Source: Mycoplasmatales bacterium
Lineage (GTDB): Bacteria > Bacillota_I > Bacilli_A > Mycoplasmatales > G965222545
Length of the DNA: 64,000 nt
Reading direction: 5' to 3'
NCBI GenBank assembly: GCA_965222545.1
Contig: OZ244954.1
Location: 160,639-224,638 of the forward strand
Numbering within the stretch: position 1 is the first letter of the stretch; each line of letters starts with the position of its first letter. The notes below the pieces were generated by a model. It did no database searches, was not told the origin of the DNA, and worked only from the letters and a program-made list of their open reading frames with translations. A program made the position numbers and the translations under genes. Positions 10,413-23,600 of this stretch are shown here, piece by piece.

Positions 10413-10967
10413 ATGAAAAACCAAATAATATTATATTTAGTTGGTTTTTTATCTATTTTTATTTTCTTTGCTTCATTAATCAGTACCATTAATAATGTTA
10501 AAACTAAAAAACTTGTTAATTCATTAGTGTTAACAAAGATTAATTATGATTTATATAACGGAACGGCATTAATTGACGATTGAGGTGATTCCTTTTCTTA
10601 TTTCTTTAACGGAAACTATAATATTTCAATAAAAGAGACTACTAATATAAATGATTATGGACTTGGATTTAAACAAACTATAGTAAAAGTACCATTTTAT
10701 CATGAAATGTCACCATCAATATACAACTATTCTATGTTAACGAAATTAATTAACACTCAAGTATGTGGTTATACTGATAAAAATAATTCTTTAATTCCTA
10801 AAACTGATTCATATATTAGATTTTGAATAATTGAAGTTAAAAATCATTATTTTTTATATGTAGAAGCGTATAGAAAAAATAAAGATAATACTAAAAAAGA
10901 AAGCGATTGTGATTTTAGATGACCTATTAGTTTAAAAATTACAGGTTCTCTTAATACTAAACAATAA
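10413..10967 (+). CDS. Hypothetical signal-anchored protein
   Basis: ATG 10413 followed by a TM helix (IILYLVGFLSIFIFFASLI). Three in-frame TGA codons, TAA at 10965. Not in the track because all fragments are short. Confidence 0.5.
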
Positions 10968-11072
10968 TAAAAAATTTTATTTTGATAATGTTATGTAATA
11001 ATTAATTAGAAGGTTATTAATAATATTTTAGGAAAATAATATATTAATACCTAATAAGCATTTGAGGAATAA

Positions 11073-12053
11073 GTGAATAAAAATACAAAATTATTAAAAG
11101 CGTTAGCTAAAATGCAAAAGGATCTTGGGAAAGAAACATTAAAAATATTAGATGATAGTGATGATTCATTTAAACTTAATTCAATTTCTACTGGTTTAGC
11201 TGGTTTAGATCATATATTAGGGAACATGGGAATAGTTTGTGGAAGAATATATGAATTATATGGGCCAGAATCTAGTGGTAAAACTAGTTTAGCGTTATAT
11301 ATTATTGAATCATTTCAAAAACATAATAAAATATGTGCTTTCATTGATGCTGAACACTCATTAGATCCAAATTATTGCAAGAAAATTGGAATAAAAATTG
11401 ATGAATTATTAATTAGTCAACCAGATAGTGGTGAACATGCGTTTGATGTAATAGAAGCATTAATAAATTCAAAAGAAGTTAGCTTAATAGTTGTTGATAG
11501 TGTGGCAGCATTAACTCCACAAGGTGAAATTGACGGATCAATAAGTGATAAAAAAATTGGATTACAAGCTAGATTAATGGCCAAAGGATTAAGGAGAATA
11601 ACTGCTAATTTAGCAAAATCAAAATGTACAATTATTTTTATTAATCAGTTAAGAAGCAATATTGTTACTTTTATGGCAAATAGTGAAATAACACCCGGCG
11701 GAAGAGCCTTAAAGTTTTACAGTTCTGTTAGAATTGAAGTTAGAAGAGCAGAAAGAATATATCAAGGAACAAGTATAATTGGTCATAATATGAAAATAAA
11801 AATTGTAAAAAATAAAATTGCAGTTCCCTTTAAAATGACAAAAATGAAGATGATTTATGATAAAGGAATTGATAAACAAAATGATTTTATAGCTACAGCT
11901 ATTCTTAAAAAAAGAATTGTTCAAAAAGGACCCTTTTATTACTATGATGAAAAAAGATTAGCACAAGGTAAAGAAAATTTAATTAAATATTTAGATCAAA
12001 ATCCCAAAATTACAAACAAAATAATTGAAGATTTGTTAAATAAAAAAGCATAG
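11073..12053 (+). CDS. recA: Recombinase A
   Basis: GPESSGKTSLAL Walker A motif, IFINQLR and GGRALKFYSSVRIEVRR. GTG start. Confidence 0.95.
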   Translation: MNKNTKLLKALAKMQKDLGKETLKILDDSDDSFKLNSISTGLAGLDHILGNMGIVCGRIYELYGPESSGKTSLALYIIESFQKHNKICAFIDAEHSLDPNYCKKIGIKIDELLISQPDSGEHAFDVIEALINSKEVSLIVVDSVAALTPQGEIDGSISDKKIGLQARLMAKGLRRITANLAKSKCTIIFINQLRSNIVTFMANSEITPGGRALKFYSSVRIEVRRAERIYQGTSIIGHNMKIKIVKNKIAVPFKMTKMKMIYDKGIDKQNDFIATAILKKRIVQKGPFYYYDEKRLAQGKENLIKYLDQNPKITNKIIEDLLNKKA

Positions 12054-12076
12054 TATATTGTATAATAAATTTCGTT

Positions 12077-13654
12077 ATGCTAATTTCAAAGCAAAGCAGT
12101 GCTAATATAAAACATAAAAAACAAAAATTTACTAAGAAACAAATGATTTTTTGAGGCTTTAATATTATTGTTGGTTATACTTTTTTAATTGCTTTAAGTG
12201 GTACATTTAAAGCGTTTGGCAGTTTTGTTCCAATTATGATTTTAGTAGCTTCTTTAATTGCTTTTGGCGCGGGAAGAGCGTTTGGTAAACTATCACAAAA
12301 ATATGATGCTAACGGCGGTACTTTATTATATACAAGAAAAGCTTTTGGATATCGCGTTGGTGGAGTTATTGGGTTTTTTCAATTATTACAATTACCAATA
12401 AATTCTAGTACAGTAGCAATTGCTTTTGTGTGAGCTTTTAACGGAATACATGCAGGTGGTGTAAACCTAGGAGATCAATGATATATTTATATTTTAGCTT
12501 TTATACTTTATTTATTATTTAGTATTGTTCCTTATTTTGGATTTACCAATAGTAAAATTAGCTTATTTATTTTTTGATTTTTAAAATGATCTATTATTGT
12601 TGGTTCAATTATTGCTTCACTTTTTTTAATTAAAAGTTATGGCCATAATATTGGTCAATATATTGCCCCTGGTAAAAATATGTTTACTGGTAAAAACTCA
12701 ATTAATTTTTTTGGAATGATAGCTGCCTTTACCACCTTCTTTTTCGCATTTGGTGGCTTTGAAGTAGTAGCCTCTATGAGTAATGATTTAAAAGATGCTA
12801 AAAAAAATATTGCTTCAACAATTGCTTGAATTGTAATATTAGTTGCATTATTTTATATTTTTTATTATTTTATTATTTTGGGATGTGTTGGTCCAAAGGG
12901 AATTTCTAGTAATTCACGGAATGATTTAAATCCTTTTATTTCTGTTTTTAGCAAGGTATTTAATAAATCTAAGGGAATAGGAGATAATATTATTAAAGTA
13001 ACTGCAGGTGTAGTTGCAGCACTTTTAGCATTATTTTTGATAATTACTCAAATTTTTAATAAAGGAACAAGTAGAACTCAAAGTGCATGAGGTAATACAA
13101 GAATTATTAATGCATATAGTTCAGCTGGATATTTAAGTCCTAAGTTACAACGAAAAAATAAATATGGTCAATTTTATAAAGCTTTTTGATTAGATTTTAT
13201 AATTGCATCTGTATTCACAGTATTTTATTTAATTGTTCAATTAATAATTGTTTTAACTAAGAAACAAAATCTTGGCTTTATAGGCTCTGGAGCATTACAA
13301 ACCGTTGCATATATTTCATTTATTCAATATTTAGGTTCAATAGCGGCATGTTTATGATTAGCTCATAAAAAAAAGAAAATAAAAATATCTTTATTTGATA
13401 CGATTTATTTTTCAATAACTGCAGTGCTTATTTTATTTTTTATGATCATGTTTTTAGTTGGTGGATTTGTTCAAATAAGCGAATATATTCATGGTGATGA
13501 AAATGGAAGTTTAACGAGTATATTAACAACTAGTTTTATTATTATCTTTTTTATTATTGCAGTTATTATTGTTTGGAATGGTGAACGAAAAGGGTGAAAT
13601 AAAAATAATTTATTAGATGTTAAGGACCAGATAATTAATAAAATTGTTAATTAA
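12077..13654 (+). CDS. APC-superfamily amino acid permease
   Basis: ATG 12077 and fragments 12236.. and 12878.. share a frame, joined by TGA. About 12 TM helices with an FGGFE motif. Confidence 0.75.
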
Positions 13655-13670
13655 TAATAAGGAGTAATAA

Positions 13671-14465
13671 ATGATAAATATTTTATTTTTCGGAGATGTA
13701 TCTGGTGATGTTGGTGTTAAAGGATTAATAGACTATATTCCTTTTTTAAAGAAAAAATTTGCAGTTGATTTAGTTATTGCTAATTGTGAAAACGCAACAA
13801 GACATTTTGGTTTAAGTAAAAAAGATTTTAAAAATTTAACTGAAAATGGAGTTGATATTATTACAATGGGAAACCACACCTTTGATAATAGGGGAATTTA
13901 TGAAATTTTAGGTGAAAAAAAATTAGTAATCCCCGCTAACTGATCAAATAATACAAATGGTAAAGGGTTTGTAATTGTTGAGTGTAAAGGTATAAAAATT
14001 GGAATTGCTAATTTACTAGGAAGAATATTTATGCCACAACTAGTAGAAAACCCCTATATTACATTTGAAAATATATACCAAAATAATAAACCTGATATTT
14101 GATTTGTTGATTATCATGCTGAATCAAATGCTGAAAAATATGCATTTGCACATGAATATGATGGAAAAATATCGGCATTAGTTGGCACACATACACATAT
14201 TCAAAGTGTTGATAATAGAATTTTACCAAATGGAACAGGATATATTTCTGATGTTGGAATGAATGGACCTTATTATAGTATTATTGGTGTTGAATATCCT
14301 GAAAGTATCTATGTTAATAAAACTAGTATGAGAACTAAATTTATTCCAGCTGGTGGCCCTCCACAAGTATGTGCTGTAGTCCTATCAATTAATCCTGAAA
14401 CAAAAAAATGTGAGTGAATTAAAAGAATTTATATTTGTCCAGATGAAAATCATAATGGCAAATAA
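13671..14465 (+). CDS. ymdB: YmdB-family metallophosphoesterase (2',3'-cyclic-nucleotide phosphodiesterase)
   Basis: ILFFGDVSGDVG, ANCENATRHFG, MGNHTFD and GTHTHIQS motifs. Lies close to recA, as in Firmicutes. Confidence 0.8.
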
Positions 14466-15828
14466 TAAATTAGTTATTCCAGAAAATGTTAAAAATATTG
14501 GAATTGGTAAAAAGTATTTTATTAGAACATATGGGTGTCAAAGTAACGTAAGAGATACTGAGGCTATTGCTGGCGTAATGGAACAGATGAAATATACTAA
14601 AGCTGATAGTTTATATGAAGCTGATTTTATAATTTTAAATACCTGTACTATTAGAGATAATGCTGATCAAAAAGTTTTTGGAGAAATTGGTTTTATTCAA
14701 AAATCTAGACGTGAAAATCCAAATCTTATTTTAGCAGTATGTGGGTGTATGGTTCAAAACCCTGAAGTTGTTAAAAAACTTAAAAATTCAAAATGAAACG
14801 TTAATATTGTTTTTGGTACAAATAATATTCATGAATTACCATTACTAATTGAAAATTCATTATTTGAACTATATCCAAGTGTTAATACTAATTTAAATGA
14901 TGATATGATCGTCGAAAACTTACCTTCGGTTAGACATAATCAATATAAAGCGTTTGTTAATGTTATGTTTGGATGTAGTAATTTTTGTACATTTTGTATA
15001 GTTCCTTTTACAAGAGGAAAAGAAAGAAGTAGATCGGTAGACAAAATTTTAGAAGAAATTTTAAAACTTAAAAGTGAAGGTTATAAAGAGGTAACCTTAT
15101 TAGGGCAAAATGTTAATAATTATGGTTTAGATTTAAGACCTAAAATTAATTTTGCGTTTTTATTAAAACAAGTTGCAAAAACAAAAATAGAAAGAGTAAG
15201 GTTTACCACTTCAAATCCTTGAAATTTTGACTATGAATTAATTATTATAATGAGTAAATATAAAAACATTATGCCATATATTCATTTACCAATTCAATCT
15301 GGTGATAATGACATATTAGAAAAAATGAATCGTTCAATGATTATTGAAGAATATAAAGCAATTATTGATGATATAAAATTAAAAATAGAAAATGTATCAA
15401 TATCTACAGACCTTATCGTTGGATTTCCAAATGAATCTAAAGAAGCATTTCAAAAAACTTTAGATTTATATGATTATGTTCAATATGATAATGCATACAC
15501 TTTTATATATTCAAAAAGACAAGGGACATTGGCAGCAAGTTGAAAAGATTCAATTTCTGATAATGAAAAAAAAGCACGACTTGCTATTTTAAATAAAAAA
15601 GTTACCAAATATTCTAAACAGCAAAATAAAAAATTTGAAGGAAAAGTTGTTAAAGTTTTAGTTGAATCTATAAGTAAAAATAATAATAAAGTTTATTCTG
15701 GATATACTCCTCAAATGAAATTAGTAAATATTTTAAATGCTACAAAAAAAGATCTTGGAAACATTATTAATGTAAGAATTATTGCGGCTAAGAATTTTAG
15801 TTTAGATGGAATAAAAATAATACAATAA
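14443..15828 (+). CDS. miaB: tRNA-2-methylthio-N6-dimethylallyladenosine synthase
   Basis: YFIRTYGCQSN at the N-terminus, radical-SAM CSNFCTFCIVP motif and a TRAM tail. Fragments 14410.., 14905.. and 15250.. are in the same frame. The start could be 14443 or 14455. Confidence 0.9.
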
Positions 15829-15847
15829 TTATCTAAGGGAAAATAAA

Positions 15848-17743
15848 ATGATAAAAAAACGTAAGATTTGATTAATTGTAGGAGTAGTAGCAACACTTTC
15901 GTTAGGTGCAACACTTGGAATAATATTTGGTATTGTATTAAGAAAAAAATCTCAGCAAAATTTAATAGGGATTTCTTTTCCACATGGTTCTGGAATTGCT
16001 TTTAAAGACTCTCATAGTAAAGTTCCAAACGGAAAAAAAGATAAAGAAACAATACTTAATACAACACAATTTCCTGATTATACTAGTCAATATCAACATG
16101 AAAAAAAGCAACCCATAAATGATAACTGACATGGTTCAGTATTTACTGGATATTGAGGTTGAGATAATTATGATCAACCCTTTGATGGGCCAGATATTTT
16201 AAGACAAACTAATTTTACTAACTTTACATTTGGGTTTTTAAATGAACTTGGCAATGACGGAGATACATCAGATATGGATAGAGTAAATACAACATCAGGT
16301 GCAGGTTTTTTAGATCAAATTCAAGAAATCAAAGCACTTGGTGGAGCTGTAACACTTTCTTTTGGGGGATATACTGAACATGAAGGTTCATTTTTTAATT
16401 ATGCACCATCTATATATGTAATGTATGAAAAATTATTGGCACTTGTATTAGGTTATCAAATTTATTCACTAGATTTTGATTTTGAATTTCCACATGAATT
16501 AGCAGATGATAATAGAGCAAATTTAGCTATTGCTTTACAATTATTAAGAGCTGAAGTTAAAAATTTAACTGGTAGAAAAATGCAATATAGATTTACTGAA
16601 TCATATTGAGATGAAGATGAAATTTCAATGTTTAATAAATATATTGGAACTGATTTTATTTATAATGATATGTCATTAACAGCAATATCAGCAGATGGTG
16701 GTTCAAATGCAATTGAAAATGCAACAAATGACCTAAAAATGTTTAGAAAATATACACCTGCCTACAAAGATATGACAGATAAACAAATATATGAACATAT
16801 CGGAATTACAGCCAAAGTTGAAGATGATAAATATAATGAACCAGATAAATTTATACAATGAGCACTTACAAATCATCTTGCTTTAATAGGGTTATGAACA
16901 GTAACACATGATCATAAAAAGAATTCACCAAACGATTCAAATCCTGACCACCAAACTACAAAAAAAGGTAGTGATTATTATTATGTAAATAAATTTACTA
17001 ATGGGTTTCAAAATGTTCTTGAACAAACTAAACCCATCGCTATGCCTGGAGATGTTACAAATCAATATTGCTATTCACATAACAAAAGTAATACAGTTCT
17101 TAAATGAAATCTAGTAAAAGGAGCTACAACTTATGTTATAAAAGAAGGGGATAAAGTAATCACTACAGTTAATAGGACAACCGCTGGTATTAATTATTTA
17201 GATGGCACTGGTGGTACTGCTATTGGAAATCATGTATATTCTATTTATGCACAAAATTCTTTAGGTTTATCATCTAAACCAGCAAACGTTACAGTTAATA
17301 TAACAAAAAATGATCTTTCAACAAATATTGAATACTATGATAAAAACATCCCTTATCATAATAATAATTGAGTAGATAATTCAAAATATGTTCCTACTGT
17401 TCCTTATATTTATTATAAAGGTAATTTTTATCAAAACATAAATAGCGGAAAAGCTAACGGAATTAAAAGAAATGGTCTAAGCCCAGATAAAGATTTTACT
17501 AATTGAAAAGTAATGAAAAATATAAATTCTAATTTTGGATTATCAAATCAAAGAATTACCGATCTAAATAACTTTACATATGATAATTATGTTAAAGATA
17601 CAGATGGTATTCAAACAATTGCTTATAAAACAGGTGATAATACATTAGATCATCATCCTGATAATAATAAATTTATTAATCAATTTAACGGTTTAGGATT
17701 TAAAACAAATCCGGCAATTATTCTTAATAAAAACTTTCTTTAA
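15848..17743 (+). CDS. Membrane-anchored GH18 glycosidase (chitinase / endo-beta-N-acetylglucosaminidase family) with FN3-like, CBM5/12-like and unknown C-terminal modules, copy 1
   Basis: N-terminal TM helix. GH18 catalytic motif SLDFDFE at 16472-16486. FN3-like stretch (LKWNLVKGATTYVI..YSIYAQNSLG). CBM5/12-like stretch W..Y.P..PYIYYKGNFYQN. All fragments are in the same frame. Confidence 0.75.
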
Positions 17744-17860
17744 TAATGATAAATTGAAAATAAGCTTAATAAATATTTTAAATACTACAAAAAATAATTA
17801 TTATTAAATTTATTTATTTCATGTAAAAAATGTTAAAATAATATTTTAAGGAAAAATAAA

Positions 17861-19753
17861 ATGACAAAAAAACGAAAAATTTGAATAATTGCTGGAGTTG
17901 CTGGAGCACTTACATTAGCGGCAACAGTTGGAATAATATTTGGTGTTGTATTAAGAAAAAAAATTCATGAAAATGCAAGTCCTGTTTTTAAACCTGCTGA
18001 TTGAACTGCTTTTAGAAATTCTAAAAGTGTAGTTCCAAATGGAACAGATGGTCAAGAAACAACACTTCCTACAACACAATTTCCTGATTATACTAGCCAA
18101 TATCAACATGAAAAAAAACAACCTTTAAATGATAATTGACATGGTCCAGTATTTACTGGATATTGAGGTTGAGATAATTATGATCAACCCTTTGATGCAG
18201 CAGATATTTTAAGACAAAGTAATTTTACTAATTTTACATTTGGGTTTTTAAATGAACTTGGTAATGACGGTGATACTGCTGATATGAAAAGAGTAAATAC
18301 TACATCAGGTGCAGGTTATTTAGATCAAATCCAAGAAATAAAAGCACTTGGTGGATCTGTAACATTTTCTTTTGGTGGAGCCACTCCTCACGAAGGTTCG
18401 TTTTATAATTACGCACCATCGACATATATAATGTATGAAAAATTATTAGCACTTGTATTAGGTTATAAAGTTTATTCATTAGATTTTGATTTTGAATATC
18501 CACATAATATAACAGATGGAGAAATACGTCATTTAGCTGCTGCTTTACAATTATTAAGAACTCAAGTTAAAAATTTAACTGGTAAAAATATGCAATATAG
18601 ATTTACTCAATCATATTTTGAAGGAAGTGAAATGGATATACTTAATCAATATATAGGTACAGATTTTATTTATAATGATATGTCATTAACAAGTATCTCA
18701 AGTAATAATGATTCGTCTGCAATTTCCCATGCAATTCAAGATCTAGCAGCTTTTAGAAATGTAAATGCTTACAGCAAGATGTCCGACCTCCAAATATATG
18801 AACATTTAGGAATTACAGCTAAAGTTGAAAATGATAGTTATAATAAACCTGATGAATTTGCTGCATGAGCAATTGAAAACCGCCTTGGGTTAATAGGATT
18901 ATGAACAGTTACACATGATCATAAAGAGAACTCACCAAATGATTTAAATCCAGGACATGAAACTACTGGAAAAGATAGTGATTTTTATTATGTAAATAAA
19001 TTTACTAATGGTTTTCAAAATCATATTGAACAAGCTAAACCCACCGCTAAACCAGATGATGTTGCTGGATTGTATTGTTATTCACATAACAAAAGTAATA
19101 CAGTTCTTAAGTGAAATCCAGTAAAAGGAGCAACAACTTATGTAATAAAAGAAGGCGAAAAAGTTATTACTACAGTTAATAGGACAACCGCTGGTATTAA
19201 TTATTTAGATGGAACGGGTGGTGTTGCTATTGGAAATCATGTATATTCTGTCTATGCACAAAATTCTTTAGGTTTATCTTCGAAACCAATAGATATTAAA
19301 GTTAATATAACAAAAGATGATCTATCAACAAATGTTGAATATTATGATAAAAATATTCCTTATCATAATAACAATTGAGTAGATGATTCAAAATATGTTC
19401 CTACTATTCCTTATATTTATTATAAAGGTAATTTTTATCAAAACATAAATAGTGGAAAAGCTGATGGAATTAAAAGAAATGGTCCAAGTCCAGATAAGGA
19501 TTCTGCTAATTGAAAAGTTATGGAAGATCCAAATAATTCTAATTTTGGATTATCAAAACAAAGAATTAATGATCTAAAAAACTTTACATATGATAATTAT
19601 GTTAAAGATACAGATGGCATTCAAACAATTGCTTATGAAAAAGATAAAAACACTCTAATTAATCATCCTGATAATAATAAATTTATCAATCAACTTAATG
19701 GTTTAGGATTTAAAACAAATCCGGCAATTATTCTTAATAAAAACTTTCTTTAA
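17861..19753 (+). CDS. Membrane-anchored GH18 glycosidase, tandem paralog, copy 2
   Basis: Same architecture as copy 1, with SLDFDFE at 18482-18496. Fragments 18284.. and 19520.. share the frame with ATG 17861. Confidence 0.75.
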
Positions 19754-19771
19754 TTATTAATATTAATAATT

Positions 19772-20686
19772 ATGAAAGAAAAAATAATAATCTTAATTGG
19801 TTGTACTTGTTCTGGTAAAACTGGATTAAGTGTTAAATTAGCTAAACAATTTAATTGTGAAATTGTTAATTGTGATGCAACACAATTTTATAAAGAATTA
19901 AACATTGGTACTGATAAAATATCTAAATCAGAAATGGAAGGTATACCACATCATTTAATTTCGTTTCTAGATGTTGAAAAAAATTATAGTATTTCAGAAT
20001 TTAATATAACTGCAAAAAAAATTATTACTGAAATAACTACAAGAAAAAAAGTTCCATTATTAGTTGGTGCAAGCGGACTATATATTTTATCTTTATTATA
20101 TCCATATGTTTTTACAGAAGAAAGAGATGAAGATTTTAGATCTCTTTATGAATTTACCTCAAATGAAGAATTATTAGAATCTTTAAGAAAAATTGATCCA
20201 GATGAAGCAATAAAACTCCATGCTAACAATAGAAGAAGAATATTGAGAGCACTTGAAATTTTCTATAAAACAGGAAAAACAAAAACCCAATTGCTATCTA
20301 CGAAAGATAATAAACCAAACTATAATTTTTTAATATTAGAAATTTGTCTAAAAAAAGAAATTATTGATAAAAAAATAATTGATAGAGCAAATAAACAATT
20401 TGAAAACGGTTTTGTAAATGAGGTTTTTAAAATAATTAGTAAACACCCTAAAGCACCAATATATAATTCATTTCAATCAATTGGATATAAAGAAGTATAT
20501 GACCACATTATTAATAAAAAAAATCTTGAAGAAACAAAACAACTTATTATAAATAGAACTATTAAATTATCTAAAAGACAAAAACAATTTTTTAAAAATA
20601 AATTTGTTAATAAATTTGTTTTTAACAATTTAGGAAAAAATAACATCTTAAAAATAAATAATTTGATTAAAAAGTTTTTGTTATAA
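19772..20686 (+). CDS. miaA: tRNA dimethylallyltransferase
   Basis: GCTCSGKTGLS P-loop, DATQFYKELNIGTDK and IPHHLI motifs. Confidence 0.9.
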   Translation: MKEKIIILIGCTCSGKTGLSVKLAKQFNCEIVNCDATQFYKELNIGTDKISKSEMEGIPHHLISFLDVEKNYSISEFNITAKKIITEITTRKKVPLLVGASGLYILSLLYPYVFTEERDEDFRSLYEFTSNEELLESLRKIDPDEAIKLHANNRRRILRALEIFYKTGKTKTQLLSTKDNKPNYNFLILEICLKKEIIDKKIIDRANKQFENGFVNEVFKIISKHPKAPIYNSFQSIGYKEVYDHIINKKNLEETKQLIINRTIKLSKRQKQFFKNKFVNKFVFNNLGKNNILKINNLIKKFLL

Positions 20687-20695
20687 TTAAAAATA

Positions 20696-23600
20696 ATGAG
20701 TATATTGGTTAAAAATATTTTCTTTAATGTAGAAGTTAAAAATAAAGATGAATTATTTTCATTTATTAGTTCAAAGGCGAAAAATGCAAATGTTGTAGAG
20801 TTTGCTAAAGATGCAAAAAAACTACTTTTAGAAAGAGAAGCGCAAATATCAACAGGATTAGAAAAAAGAATTGCTATACCACATGCTATTGGTAAAAAAA
20901 TAAAAGTTCCAACAGCATATATTTTAAGATTAAAAAAACCTATTGAATGAGAAACACTAGATAATGATAAAAATGTTGATACTATTATTTGTTTATTAGT
21001 TTCAAAAGATGCATCTTCAAACCATTTACAAGCCTTAGCCAATATATCATCTAAATTAATAGATCCTAAAATTATTGAAATTATTAAAACAGGTACTAAA
21101 CAAAATATTTGTAACGCTTTAAATGATCATGGTAAAAAAGAGCCTGTTCAAAAAGTTATAAAAAATAAAAACAACAATAGAAGATTTTTAGTGGGAATAT
21201 CAGCATGTGCAGCGGGAATTGCTCATACATATATGGCTAAAGATAAACTATTTAATGCTGCAAACGAACTTGGTTATGATATTAAAATTGAAACAAGAGG
21301 AGCGTTAACATCTAATACATTATCTGCTGAAGATATTAAAGAAGCTGAAGCTATTGTAATTGCAGCTGATATTGATATTGATAAAAGTCAGTTTAATAAT
21401 AAAAGAATTTATTATAGTAATACAAATGATGCAATAAAGGATCCTCACCAATTTATACAAAATGCTTTAACTGCTAAAGTATATCGAGATAAAGAATTTA
21501 TTAAAAAATCAAAATTACAAATTGCTATGGAAAAAAACTATATTAGTAATTCAATATTTGATACATTTCGTAAATTATTACCATTTTTGGGAATAATAAT
21601 TTTATTTCAAGCGATTCCTTATATTATCTTATATTTAACTCAAAATCAAGTTATTGATACAAGCAACAAAGGAATGGCTAATGCTATATATATCTTTGGA
21701 GTCGACACTAGTACTATTTTTGTAGCATTTGCAGGAATGCTAATTGCTTTAAAAATTGGTGGAAAACCAGCTATGCCAGGTGCATTATTAGGATCATTCT
21801 TTTTAAATAACCCAAGTTATTTAGGGTCTGCATGAAATCATCCTGATAGTGCACTAAGTGTTCAAGGTAATTTATTTACAGGATTAATTTGAGCAGTAAT
21901 TATTGGTATTATTGTTGGTCATCTTTGTCGTTTAATGCGTTATATTAAATGACACAAAGCTATTCAGACAATTGAAGGTTTTTTAATTATTCCAATTGTT
22001 ACTACTTTTTTATCATTTTTAATTTGTACGTTTTTATTTGGTGAAGTATCATTTATATTATGTCAGGTATGAACAGAATTAATGAATTCTAAGATAGCAA
22101 ATCTAGGTATTATTATGTTTATAACTTTTGTTTCACTTATCTTTTATATTTGATTTATTTTCAAAAATAAAATAGAGATGATGAAAAATAATTTAAAGGG
22201 AGTAAGTGTTCCAGCAGTTAAGGAAGTATTTTTTGGAGACTTATCTACAACCTGATTATTTTTAAGTAACTTTGCAATTAAATTTTTCTATTTTGTAACA
22301 CTACAATGATTAATTAAACCATTTATTAAATTATTAAATCATTTTTCTGTAAAAAATAAAAAAGTTGTTGATAAAAAGAAAAATTTATTAAAAATGAAAG
22401 AAGATGGTTTTGTTGCAATTTATTTAGATACAGCAAATAAAAAAAGTTTCCCATTAATTAAAAATGAAATTACAAAAGTAGTTAGATCTACACACAATAT
22501 AGTTAAATTTTTCGAATATAGTAAAAATATTAATATTAAAAATATTAAAAAAGCCAGTCATGTACTTATAGTAAGTGATGACTGCCAATTAATAAATAAA
22601 AATATTTTTTCTGGATATAATGTTGGAATTATTTCAAGTGATATAGCAATTGGTGCTTCAAAAAAAATATTTCAAGATCTAGATAGCTTTACAAATTTTG
22701 AAGGTAAAAGTAAAAAAGTTGGTGTCATAAGAATTGGTAATATTTCTGATAAAAAAAGTATTTTAAAATCATTACTATTTGGTATTAGTTATATGATACC
22801 GGTTGTTGTAGCTTCAGGAATATTAGTTGCTATTCCAAATGCTTTAACAGCGGGAGGAAATGCAAGTGGTGGAACCTGACGATTCCAAAATGCTTTTATA
22901 AAAGACTTATTTAATTTTTCAATTGAAGGATTAAAAATTATGATCCCAGTATTTGGTGGATTTTTAGCCCTAAGTATTGCGGGTGAAGGAGCATTTGTTG
23001 CCGGACTAATTGGTAGTTTTGTTTTGACTGATTCTACATATTTAATTAATCAAACAAATGTTCATTTTTCAATTGACCAAACAACAAATCTTGCTAATAA
23101 TATTAGTGCTGGGTTTTTAGGAGCAATTGTTTTTGGTCTTTTAGCTGGATATATTTATAAACTTTTAGTTCATATAAATCATAAATATATTTATCGTAAA
23201 AATTATATTCCTAAATATGTTAATGATTTTGTTATTCCTGTTATTTTAATATTTATTGTCTTTATTTTTTCAACTTATATAATTGGCGGCGCCTTAGCTT
23301 GAATTATGGGTCAATTATTTAGTGGTTTATCTAGTTTAGGAACTGCAGGTCCTTCCGCTTTCATACCGATTGGAATATTATTTGGTGCCTTAATTGGTAC
23401 TGATTTAGGGGGACCTATTAATAAAACTGCATTAGTGGTAGGAACGTTAATCTTTACAAATGGTATAACAAAAGCAGCTGGCGATCCAAGTGTTTTAGCT
23501 AATGATATTATATTTATTCCCCAAACATCAACACAAGCGGCCATATCAGTTCCACCGTTAGCAATGTTTATATCATCAATAATACTATCACCAAGAAAAT

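Noticed and set aside
20473-21042. 189-aa minus-strand ORF.
   Set aside because: It is antisense to the miaA 3' end and the PTS IIA domain, which both have clear homology motifs. Its composition is typical of antisense reading of AT-rich coding DNA.
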